From: Curvularia clavata
Lineage: Eukaryota
DNA length: 64,000 nucleotides
NCBI GenBank assembly: GCA_023920165.1
Contig: CP089278.1
Coordinates: 1,054,001 to 1,118,000, forward strand
Reading direction: 5' to 3'
The notes beneath the pieces were generated by a model. It was given only the letters and a program-made list of their open reading frames with translations, did no database searches and had not been told where the DNA came from. Positions within the stretch are counted from its first letter, which is position 1. Every line of letters starts with the position of its first letter. Of this stretch, positions 23,955-35,252 are shown in pieces. Made by a program: the position numbers and the translations under genes.

Positions 23955-24311
23955 ATGAAGCTCTTCAATACTATCGCCTTCCTCTCCCTCTCCTTCCACG
24001 CCATCGCACGTCCCATTGAACCCCGCTCCATCGCCACTGGGCAGGCATCCGATATACTTACGCGTGGAATCGACCTTTGCTCGCCCAAGTGTAAGGTAGA
24101 GCTCGATGCCTGGCAGTCCTGCATCTACATCCCTTACTGCCGCGACAGTCGCCAGTTCAACAACCTTCAAACGACTTATGATAACTGCTGCAAGGTTGCA
24201 GGCCAGACGAAGCCGGAGCCTGAGAACAAGCCTAACGAGACTGTCGATAGGATGAATAGTATCTTGGAGTATCTAGGACTTAACCCTGTGGGGAAGCCGG
24301 CTGCTGCTTGA
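23955..24311 (+). CDS. Small secreted cysteine-rich protein (118 aa, 6 Cys), effector candidate
   Basis: Signal peptide MKLFNTIAFLSLSFHAIA, short pro-region ending ILTR, six Cys, good AACATGA start context. Confidence 0.8.
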   Translation: MKLFNTIAFLSLSFHAIARPIEPRSIATGQASDILTRGIDLCSPKCKVELDAWQSCIYIPYCRDSRQFNNLQTTYDNCCKVAGQTKPEPENKPNETVDRMNSILEYLGLNPVGKPAAA

Positions 24312-25527
24312 GTGAGTAGGTATTATAAGGCACGCAGGGAGAGTTAAGTGTAAGGGACGTTGGAGCTTCACGTATAGTACACATATAGAGAGGTTGAATA
24401 GTTAACAACTCCAGAGTACCAGTAACGGAGTTTTGGGTCGAAAAACATTTTCACAGTCCATGTTTTCTATGCGTAATGTCGAGATGGTTGTACCTGATGC
24501 ACGTGATTGCCAAGCCCCTACCTCGGTCACTGCAATTCCCATTGGACTGCGATAGGGAGTGCAGCGATTCATACATAATTTGGCGTTTTCCGTCTAGCCC
24601 GATTCTTTCCACACATTTTCTGTGCAGATCGAAGCATCCCAAAGAACTGGTAAGGTTTGCGAGCGCACTAGGCTGCCACGCATCCACGTTTATTAGGTCT
24701 TACTAGCTCGCGTCGGCCCTTCGTCCCGTCTTACTGGGCCGAGAGAGGTCAGGCCTTCGTCTGGCTCAACATCGATGACGCGCATCTGATTTCTAGGACC
24801 AAAAGGCACAGCCCCGCCAGGGATCTCTACGCGAGGGCTTGTCGTCTCCATCACCATCGCGATGTTTGGAGCGCTGAGCAGCAGCTCGACCATGGTGTGG
24901 ACTCGGCGACTGGGCGTTGTCTGGGCGGATGTAATGGTGGTGCCTGTCCCGAGGCATCTCTGCACCGCTAGCCGCGAAAAAGTACCGTTACACATGCTTC
25001 GGCACGACCAGCTCAACGTCTACGGATATGCAGAGACTGAAAAAGAAACCTGGTCCGGCGGGTTTGTTGAAGGGAAGATTAAATGGGAGCCGTGGAATGG
25101 AGAGTAAAGTAAGCCGGGACGTCCAACAGGGGCTTCATAGGGTGCACTCTTTCTACTCGTGCCTTTGGCACCCCCACCGGCACGCCATCACCCGATGAGG
25201 ATCATGACGCGAGTAAATCGACAGGGATGCGGCGTGTCGAGGGGGTTAGACAAGACATCCTCTTCTCGGCGACTTTCCCATACCGCGTGGAGATATTGGC
25301 GACGGATTTGCCTCCACTACCTGGTGACATGTCTCGTTCTTCCCGCTTGAGTCGCTTTCCTCATTCTTCTGCTCGATACCCTTTTTATGCGCGGTCCCAT
25401 AGTGAGTTGTGATGCAGTCGGCCCCAAATAATTCACAATAAACATCCGAGGACCAAGGCAACCACGCCCCCAACTAGACACGACCTTTGCACTGCGAGCG
25501 CACTCATCGCGGGAACACACGGCCATT

Positions 25528-28500
25528 ATGGCGGGCGCAATTGTGAGCCAGACATGGATCCTCACAAAGAAGACGCTGCTCGTCGTCTTCGTGCGCCACT
25601 GGTTCTTTACCAGCGTGCGCGCATTCTGGGCTCCCATAATCTTTGTACGTCTTCTGATCCTTCAATGCTAGATCGATGGCTAATCCTGAGGCTTCCAGAT
25701 GTTCTTTATTACCTATGCTAAAAACTTCTTCGTACCACCCTCTGAATTTGGCATCGGCAACCCTTCTCCCATTCGGTCCTTTCCCGACGCACTCAACGCC
25801 GCTCAAGGTGGCCGTGATAAAGTTGTCTTTGTCAACAATGGCCACAGTGGCGGGCGGATCGATCAAGTCATTGGACAACTATCCAACACGGTGCGCGATG
25901 CAGGGCTCCAGGCCATCACGATAGAGTCAGAGGTAGAGCTGCTCACGACATGTGCAAGTTCATTGCGCGGTGCGAGTGCATGCTTCGGTGCTGCATCTTT
26001 CTATTCGAGCCCCAATGAGGGCCAAGGACAGGTCTGGAACTATACAATGCGGTCAGATGGTGCTCTAGGATCGAGAATATATGTGGACCAGAACGACAAT
26101 GATGTTCAAATTTACATTCTACCGTTTCAGCGCGCCATCGATCAGGCCATCGCCTCTATAGAGGGTTCCGCGGCAGTTCCCGAGACCAACGAGTATCCGT
26201 TCACCGATAAGACACAGAAAGAGTACGACGAAAGAATCCGGACACTGTTCATGGGTGCCCTTATTGACATCATGGGCGCAGCTTTATACATTGGTGTGTG
26301 CGGTGTGACATATCAGCTTACAGGACAAATGGCTGAAGAGCGAGAACGTGGCATCTCACAGCTTGTCGAAGCCATGTCTCCTGCGAAGAGAGCGTGGCAC
26401 ACGCAGTTTGCACGTCTCTTGTCCATGCATATCGCTTTTGACATGATCTACTTTCCCGGTTGGGTCATCATGGGAGGCATTGTCTGGGCACTGGCTTTCC
26501 CCACTTCTAGTGTTGCTATTCTGATCATCTTCCACATCCTGGCTGGACTTTCCTTGACGAGTTTCTCCATCTTTGGCGCGGCCTTTTTCCGGAAGGCACA
26601 ACTATCCGGTATCACCATTGTCATCGTTCCCATCTTGTTAGCCATCATTGCTCAGGTTGCTGGTCCGTTCAGTACCGCCGCTGTTTACGTGCTCAGTCTG
26701 ATCTTTCCTTCTATCAACTATGTTTTCTTTATCATCTGCGTGGCTAGATTCGAACGAAAACTTGTAGGCATGAGCCTGGTAAAAGCCCCACCTGTTTACA
26801 ACGATCATGTTTGGACAACGCCCGGCATCGTCTTCTGGGTCTTCGCCATTATTCAGACTTTTGTTTACCCTATCCTCGGTGCCCTTGTCGAAAGATGGCT
26901 TTACGGTACCGTGTCAGCGGAAAGGAAAACCACGACTTCTTCGCCGGACTACAATATCATTCTGACAAACTTTTCCAAACACTGGACGCCTAGCTGGTTC
27001 CGTCAAAACATCCTGTCCAAATTTGGATTGAAGCCCCCGGAAACAGTCATCGCCGTGGAAAACTTCAGCATGAAGGCGCGCAAGGGTCAGATCATGGTCT
27101 TGCTTGGTGCCAACGGTAGCGGAAAGTCCACCACACTCGACGCAATTGCCGGCCTTAACTCCATCACTAGCGGCTCTATTGAGATTGACGGTACGGGTGG
27201 TCTCGGTCTTTGTCCGCAGAAGAATGTCATGTGGGACGAGCTCAATGTTTATGAACATGTCCGCATATTCAATCAACTCAAGTCCACTGGCACGTTTGAT
27301 TCTAAAGAGACGATTGAGGATCTCATCCGTGCTTGCGATCTGGGTCACAAGATCAAAGCACAGTCATCCACACTTTCTGGTGGCCAAAAGCGCAAGTTAC
27401 AGCTTGCCATGATGTTCACAGGTGGCTCTAGGGTCTGCTGTGTCGACGAAGTCTCATCTGGTTTAGATCCTTTGTCCCGGCGAAAAATTTGGGAGATCCT
27501 TCTCGCTGAGCGTGGTGACCGTACTTTCCTGCTCACGACCCATTTCCTTGATGAGGCGGACGTTCTCGCAGATTATATCGCCATCCTTTCCCGTGGTGTG
27601 CTCAAGACTAAGGGTACATCAGTCCAGCTAAAGCATGAGGTTGGTGCCGGATACCACGTTACGTATCCTAAAAACGCACCAGTTGAGCCACCTACAGATG
27701 CGATCAAGAAGCCTGCGCCTTCCGAAGGCATGGTTCAGTACCAGTTCGCTGATGCACTTCCCGCGACCAAATTCGTCGATGTCTTGAGAGACCACGGCGT
27801 TAAGAATTACGATATTGTCGGACCAACCCTCGAAGATGTATTTCTGGCAAACGCTGAAGAAGTCAAAGAATACAATCTCATGGATGCTGAGCACGGCGAG
27901 CAAACTGGTATCCTCACGTCCGACAAAGACTCGGGTTTACCTTTGGATCATGCCTCAGATTCGTCCAAGAGGCTTGAAATGGGTAAAGGCCACGGTACAG
28001 GACTTTTCAAGCAAGTTCTTATTTTGATGCAAAAACGAGTCACTATTGTCAAGCGCAACTTCTGGCCATATGTCTTTGCATTGATTCTCCCGATCGCTGC
28101 GGCTGGCTTGGTCACACTCTTTCTCAAAAACTACAAAGCTGTCGGCTGTGATCCAGGCGCTGCCTCCAATGATCCCGAAGTCTTTTCCCTTTCAAGTGTA
28201 GACAGGGTGCCATTGATTCCAATCGGACCTCGCAACATCGTCGACCCTGCCATAGACACCATCGTCGAGAGAGCCCGCATCCGAAAAGAGAACTTCGATG
28301 TCGTTGACACGCTTGATGACTTTAATGGCTTTGTGCAGACAAGGTTCCGTAACATTACACCAGGTGGATTCTTCTTGAATCGGGAAGGACCTCTTACGAT
28401 GGCCTACCTGGCCAATGGAGGAGTCCTCGGTGGATTGATCACGCTTAACGCACTCGACAACGTTGCCAGCAACCTTAGTATCTCCACGCAATACCAGCAA

Positions 28501-30491
28501 TTTGCTGTTCCGTTTGACCCTAGCGCGGGAGACACTCTGCAGCTCACCTTGTACTTTGGCCTTGCCATGTGTGTCTATCCGGCCTTGTTCGCCTTATACC
28601 CTACACAAGAACGGCTGAGAAATGTTCGCGCTTTGCATTACAGTAACGGCATCCGAGCTGTACCTTTGTGGTTGGCTTATACGTCATTTGATTTCATGTT
28701 TGTTGTTATCATTGCCGCTGTTACTACGATCATATTTGTGGCGGTAAGTCAACTAATCTTTTATGGACATAACACATGCTGACTCTGCTCTAGGCATCCA
28801 GCGCATTTTACGCACCAGGCTACCTCTTCGTCGTATTCTTTCTCTACGGCTTATGCGCCACACTCTTTTCGTACCTCATCTCCATTGTCGTTACTTCGCA
28901 ACTTGCAGCCTTCGCCTTCGCGGCTGGAGGCATGGTCTCACTATACCTCATCTATTTCATTGGCTACATGGCAATTCTCACTTACGCCCCTGCATATGCG
29001 ATAGACTCATACATCGACTACTTCCACTGGACAGTCTCATTAATATCTCCCTCAGCGAGTTTGTTGAGGACGCAACTGCTAACGCTGAATTCTTTCAGTG
29101 TCCTATGCGATGGCAACAAGATCCCGAGCTACCCTGGTGCTCTTGCTGTCTATGGTGGCCCAATCCTGTACCTTGTCGTGCAGAGCATCCTCCTTTTCGT
29201 TGCTCTTGTATGGTGGGACTCTGGGTACCGACCACCATTCCTCAACCGCGAGAAGAGCCGCCAGCCACACTCGGAAGAGAACGTGGACAGTATACCACCT
29301 GCCGTTGCAGCCGAGATTACTCGTACTGAGCAATGCAAAGATAGCCTTCGCGCGCTGCATCTCCACAAGCAGTTTGGTTCCAACCACGCTGTAAATGACA
29401 TTACATTCGGTATTCCCCAGGGCCAGGTTTTCGCACTACTGGGTCCAAATGGTGCTGGAAAGTCTTCTACCATCTCGCTCATCCGCGGCGATATTCACCC
29501 CACGACTCACTTCAACGGAGGCGGCGATGTACTGATTGAGGACATTTCCATTGTCAGGAAGCGGGCTGCGGCTCGAGGCAACCTCGGAGTTTGTCCGCAA
29601 TTCGATGCCATGGACTCAATGACGGTTACAGAGCACCTGAATTTCTATGCTCGTGCTCGCGGCGTTCCCGACCCCAAGGCCAGTGTTGAGGCAATCCTAC
29701 AAGCAACCAGTTTGGCTCGATTCAGTGATCGTCTCGCATCGAAATTGTCCGGCGGCAACAAGAGGAAATTGAGCTTGGGCATTGCGCTCATGGGTAATCC
29801 TTCTGTCCTACTTCTCGACGAGCCATCAAGCGGCATGGACGCAGCTGCGAAACGAGTCATGTGGCGCACACTTCTTGGTGTCGCTGCTCCTGGCCGCGCC
29901 CTCCTCATCACCACGCACTCAATGGAGGAGGCAGACAAGCTCGCCACTCGTGTCGGTATCATGAAGCGCAAGATGTTGGCACTGGGGACTGTCGCCGATC
30001 TCGGCGAACAGTACGGCGACGCATGGGTCGTGCAGATTGTGCTGAAATCCGCCCCTGAGACTACCGAAGAGGAAATGAACCAAGTAAAGCAGTGGGTGGC
30101 AAACAATATTCCCGGTGTCCAATTCGACAAGTGGGGTTCTAGAGGCGGAGGACATGGCCAACTCCGGTTCAAAGTACTTAAAGCGGCGTCCCCCAACTCG
30201 ACGGCTTTGCCTGCCCATACAGGAAAGCAGGACGGAAAGATCACGGAGCAGGAGGTCACCAAGCTCAACTCTACGGAATCTGTGTCCGATCTCGGCGGTA
30301 TTCCTGGACTCATCCAGCTTCTCGAGTCCCATCGCGGAGAGTTGGGCCTGCAGTATTATTCCGTTTCGCCTACTACGCTCGACGAGGTTTTCCTCCGAGT
30401 GGTGGGTGAAGAGGAAGAGGAAAACAAGGGACCCAAGGAAAAAGGTGGCAAAATGAAGCGCTTGTTGACCTGTGGGTTGGCGCGCTCTTAA
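25528..30491 (+). CDS. Full-size ABCA-family transporter
   Basis: MAGAIVSQTWILTKKTLL. Introns 25645-25698 and 28744-28793. Two NBDs (GANGSGKS/LSGGQKRKL and GPNGAGKS/LSGGNKRKLS/LLDEPSSGMD), GVCPQFD and TTLDEVFL. Confidence 0.95.
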
Positions 30492-30671
30492 TTCCTCTTG
30501 CTTTTAGACATTTGCATATTTGAATAAACGGCGTTTCCCTTCTTTTACTCTTGCATGTTGAAGAGACATTAAGTACAAATGTCTCTTCCCTAATCTTAGT
30601 CCCTGTACGTCACAGACACGCAAACACCAAAGAAAATCATCACGCGACTAAAACAGGCATTCAAAATTGTA

Positions 30672-31526
30672 TCATAGAATCTTCTTACTCATAATGAGAT
30701 ACTCTGCCTTGACCACCTTGTTCCTCATGACCCTATCCCCAGGACTGCACTCATCCTTTTCATACCCCACCTTCTCATACATGGCTTTTGCACCCTCGTT
30801 AGCCGTGAACACAGTTAACATTGTCTTGCTGATGTGGCATTGGCGCGCAACGTGCTCGACGAAGGACATGAGGCGCGTGCCGAGGCCCTGGCCACGGAGC
30901 TGTGCAGAGAGATGGATCTCGTAGATGTAGACGACCTCGCGATCGTCATGTGGTGGGTCGTCCCAGGTGAACATGAAGGAAATGAAGCCAAGGATGGGAC
31001 CGTGGTGATCGGGGTGTGGCGTGGATGAATTGGTGGTTGATGGGGTGGGGGTTTCATCGTCAAAAGCGTAGCCTTGGGCGAGTTGTTCGAGGTCGTCTAG
31101 CTGTGCTTGCTGCTGGACTTGAGTTGGTGGTGCACGCCTTGTAGTCTTTTTGGTATTGGAGGTTTCTTGGCGGCTGGATGGTTTGGCTACTGGGCATGCC
31201 TTGTCCGTGTCCCTGGTATCTGCTCGAGAGAATGGTTCAACGCCACATTGGCGTACGAGGAGAAATATCATGTCCTTGTCCTTCATCTCTTCTCGCTTCT
31301 TACGCGGGTTCCAATTGATGCTCGAGGCCCGATAGTGGTGTCCAGATGTCTCCTCCACGAGGTCAAGGCACGCCTGAAGCTCATCTTCTTTAAGTTCGGT
31401 GGCTGAGCATTTGAGCTGGAACCTCAGTGCATACGGTTCATCGAGTGCTTCGTAGGCCCTCAAGCCAGCAACATCGTTTTCGAACAGCTCTTTGACTGCA
31501 CGTGCGCGTTGGACGGCTGGAGGCAT
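30672..31526 (-). CDS. NAT4: N-alpha-acetyltransferase 40 (NatD, histone H4/H2A)
   Basis: LQACLDLVEETS..YRASSINWNPRKKREEM, VVYIYEIHL..RGQGLG, MLTVFTANEGA..YEKVGYEKDECSP and YLIMSK. Confidence 0.85.
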   Translation of the reverse strand: MPPAVQRARAVKELFENDVAGLRAYEALDEPYALRFQLKCSATELKEDELQACLDLVEETSGHHYRASSINWNPRKKREEMKDKDMIFLLVRQCGVEPFSRADTRDTDKACPVAKPSSRQETSNTKKTTRRAPPTQVQQQAQLDDLEQLAQGYAFDDETPTPSTTNSSTPHPDHHGPILGFISFMFTWDDPPHDDREVVYIYEIHLSAQLRGQGLGTRLMSFVEHVARQCHISKTMLTVFTANEGAKAMYEKVGYEKDECSPGDRVMRNKVVKAEYLIMSKKIL

Positions 31527-32109
31527 GTCCTTTGTTGCGAAGCGAGCGTTGGGGCGTACTTGTCAGGAGAAAAAAAAAACAATGTCGTCTAATGTCTGCG
31601 CCGGGTATCGATACTCTGGATGGAAATTTAAGCCATTATCGAGTACAAGACTTGATCCTTTTACACGCGCAAATCTAATAGGGATATTTGAGGTTCGCGA
31701 CTGGCGGATCGGCGCGCACTGCTGGGGTGAAACCGACGCGCTGTGGGGAGTCGCGTCGTGGGGCAACTCATTAACATCTCGGTACAGAAGTCTCAAGCGG
31801 TCGAACATTGGGTTCAGTAAAACTTGGAAGGCGTCACATCGAGATTAATGCACTGCTTGTATCTAGACATTCCATGCTCCTAAAAGATTACAATGGCTAC
31901 GCAACGCCATTCGATCTTGAGAGAAAGTCGTTGTTGGCTGCGGTCCCACGTCGGCGATTTTACGATCTAAGTCCGTCAAAGCCTAGTTCATCTCTTTACG
32001 TCAACTTGCATCACCTTGAATAGGCTCGTTCACCTGCCAAACACCATCTCTCTATACTTCTGTGTCTTCAAGTCTAAGCAAGTCGTACGTGTCAAACTGC
32101 ATAGAGGGC

Positions 32110-32585
32110 ATGCTGCGACAATATGCCACGGTAGCGTCCAAGCCTCTTTCCCGGCTACGGGCTCGAGGCAAAAGTCCGGTTGGCCTCGACCACGTACGTG
32201 TTGCTTACCCACCCACTATCGCAAAGCACATATGCTTACTGAGAGCTAGTTCATCCAGAGACAACGGGCACTGGCGTTGTGGCGGGATATTGTACGGAGT
32301 ACGGCGAATATCCCAGACGAGGCGGCGAGGAAGGATATGAGACAATTTGCCAGATCAGAATTTGAACAACATCGCCAAGTAACTGACTTGGTATGGAGAG
32401 GCCTGTGCATAGCAAAATCTCGCAGCTAATCGTTTCCCAGGGCCACATTCGATACCTCATCTCTGTATGATTTTTCACAGCACCCACAACGTGTCGTCCA
32501 CTCCACTGACTCCGAGTAGTACGGGAAAACGCAGTTCCAGGCCATGAAAGACACTCTCATCAATTCCGGAGTGCTTAATGAGTAG
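32110..32585 (+). CDS. Mitochondrial LYR-motif protein (LYRM2-like), 4 exons
   Basis: Exons 32110-32193, 32250-32390, 32441-32464 and 32520-32585 give MLRQYATVASKPLSRLRARGKSPVGLDHFIQRQRALALWRDIVRSTANIPDEAARKDMRQFARSEFEQHRQVTDLGHIRYLISYGKTQFQAMKDTLINSGVLNE*. Confidence 0.88.
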
Positions 32586-32825
32586 ACGTCGCTTCCAATC
32601 TTATCTGCATCAGCAGTCATCGTGCTCTATGTTACACTGTCTTCTCATTGGTCATCTCTCCGAAGGGTCTTCGTTTAGCGGATTTACAACTAGCATCAAG
32701 CACCTCATCACTGTCTTACTCCCCTCAACCTCTTGCGCTTATACCATCTTGTGGTCTTTTTTCACCCCCAAATTCTGAATTTTTTCATTCTGTTCATCCT
32801 TGCATATCGAAAATAATCACCTAAC

Positions 32826-35136
32826 ATGGCGATTCCCCGAAACCACTCAGTGCTGATTGTGGGCGCGGGCCCCGCAGGACTAGTTGCTGCCAAGACATTC
32901 AAACAAGCCGGGTATGCAGTCACAGTTTACGAGGCAGCCGAGCGAGTCGGTGGAATGTGGAGGAGTGAGTACGGGGGGCCGGGCGATAAGTGCAGTCCAG
33001 ACATGCGAACAAATCTCAGCAGGTTTACTGTGGCTTTTTCTGATCTCTCATGGAGGTCCATAAATCAAGACTCTCAGCAACCCAGCGTGATTTCACCTCC
33101 CATGTTTCCAAAAGCGTGGCAAGCCGGACAGTATCTTGAGACGTATGCAAAAACTTTTGGTCTCCTCGACAACATCGCTCTTCGAACGCGGGTCGTCAAG
33201 ACGCATCTACAAGATGACCAGACCTGGACAGTGACTAGCGAAGATGCATCTGGGCAGCTCAATTCAAACACATTCGATCGTCTCGTTATTGCCAGTGGCT
33301 TTTTCGATAAACCTTTCCGATCCTTCGATCCCTCATCCAAAGGGCTCCCAAACATTCAGCACTCTTCTCGTTTTCGCAATGTTTCCGAGCTAAGTAACGT
33401 TCCTGGAAAGATCGCTGTGATTGGAGGAGGCATCAGTGGCTCCGAAGCAGCATCACAAGCCGCCTTCCAGATCTCCAATGCAAAGCATTCGCCTGGTAAA
33501 GAAAAACCCATTCATGCCGAAAGTAAGGTCTACCATATCTTCAACCGACCTTTCTACTGCCTGCAGCGTTACCTACCCCAAGACCCTCAAGCTGAGGACG
33601 GCAAAACCAATCCAGCGCCAACATTCCTTCCTCTCGACCTCGTTATGTACAATCTCTCACGACGAGGTGATGGAGAAATAACCGCAATCATCGACACAGT
33701 GGCTCCTGAGAAGGCCCAAAAGGGACATGAGTTTCTGAGGTCGAGCTTAGGGGGTGATCAGAGTGATTGCGGGTACCCGGAACTTGTGTACGATTCGGAG
33801 CATACGCAGCATGTCACCTATACTGGTATTACAGACACGTATATAGAATTTGTGAGAGATGGAACTATTGTTCCAGTGCAAGGATGGGTAGAAAGGGTTA
33901 AGCAGCGAACGGATAGTGACCTTTTGGACATCGACTTCGAGAAGTACACACCATGGCGCCACACTCGCAGCCAGGAGGCAACTGTATGTTCAAGACTCAT
34001 GCATTTAATTTTGCAGAAACTAAGATCTTTAGGGTACAAGTACGATGACTGATGTGGTGGGTATCATTGAAGCTACAGGCTACAAGTCTGACCTCGACTG
34101 GCTCGATCCTCGTGTTAAGAAACTCCTGCATAACCAAGACACTCTGCTGCATGCGCGCATACCTCTTGTCCTCTCACGCGGATCCGTATTTGCAAACAAG
34201 GTTCCCACCCTCGGCTTTGTGGGATTCTATGAAGGGCCATACTGGGGAGTAATGGAGACACAGGCCCGTCTTCTTGCAGAAACCTGGGCCAATGCCGAAA
34301 AAACCAACCATCTCAGCCTATTAGACCGGGAAATATACAAGACAGACGTCACGAAATACATGCAGAAAGCAATAATAGAAGACCCACTTCAGTTTCCGCA
34401 ATTCTGGATGACAGACTACGTAGGCTTGGTGGAGGAATTCGCACGAGAAGCAGGGCTTACTCGCGACGACTCTGCATTCGACAACAAGCAAACTGGTCCC
34501 GCCTTCCCTGCACGCTATCAAGGCGCAAATACCGGGCCCCAAGCGAAAGAAATCGTGCAAGAAGTGGTTGAGCTAGTCAAAGCATCTGCTGAAGACGCGC
34601 GTTTCGTTGCAGCAGCCGTTTTCACAGGAATGCAAGGCATCTGGAATCTTCATCGCAAAATCGACTCTCTTACGGATACCCCTGGCGGCACCTTCACAGG
34701 TACAGCGCACTTTCATCCCCGCGAGCCTACAGATCCCACACTCTACTCGGCAGAGTACTTGTACGTTGAGGACGGCACTTTTACCATGGACACAGGTCTC
34801 GCATTCCCTGCAACTCGGCGCTACGTGTACAGGTACAACGAGGTCAAAGACCAAATCACGGCGTGGTTTGTCGCGGAAGACAACGAGACCGTAGGCGCCT
34901 TGTTCAATACATGGGAGTTTTCTGCGCCCGAGGATAAATCGAAGGGCTGGATGGCAAAAGGGTATCATTGGTGCGACCCGGATACGTACAGGAATACGTG
35001 TGAGTTCAGGTTCCGAGGGGCGAAGATTGAGAAGTTTATGATCACGTACGAGGTTCAGGGGCCGAGGAAGGATTATCGGCATGAGAGTTGGTATGAACGG
35101 CCCAGCGTTGGAGAAAGGAAGAGCGAGGGTGTGTGA
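32826..35136 (+). CDS. Flavin-containing monooxygenase-like protein fused to a C-terminal DUF6314-like domain
   Basis: IVGAGPAGL, VGGMW, IQHSSRFR, VIGGGISG and IEATGY. Intron 33984-34032. The C-terminus reads GIWNLHRKI..FTGTAHF..YLYVEDG..ATRRYVYRY..HWCDPDTY..VQGPRKDY. Confidence 0.85.
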
Positions 35137-35252
35137 TGTGCTAGTGGTTTAAAACCATGATCATTGATTTTAAGAGGGGTATCATATGCATCTCTTCGTT
35201 CTATCGTACAGGACATCACTACGTGAATGTTGACTCAACGCCAAATCTGCTA

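Noticed and set aside
24476..25107. Several short ORFs and a possible GTAAGG intron between the secreted protein and ABCA genes
   Set aside because: I could not assemble a convincing gene model or family. It may be a gene relic.
25528..35136. ABC transporter, acetyltransferase and FMO as a secondary-metabolite cluster
   Set aside because: No PKS, NRPS or terpene backbone gene is present. The acetyltransferase is housekeeping Nat4 and an LYR gene intervenes.
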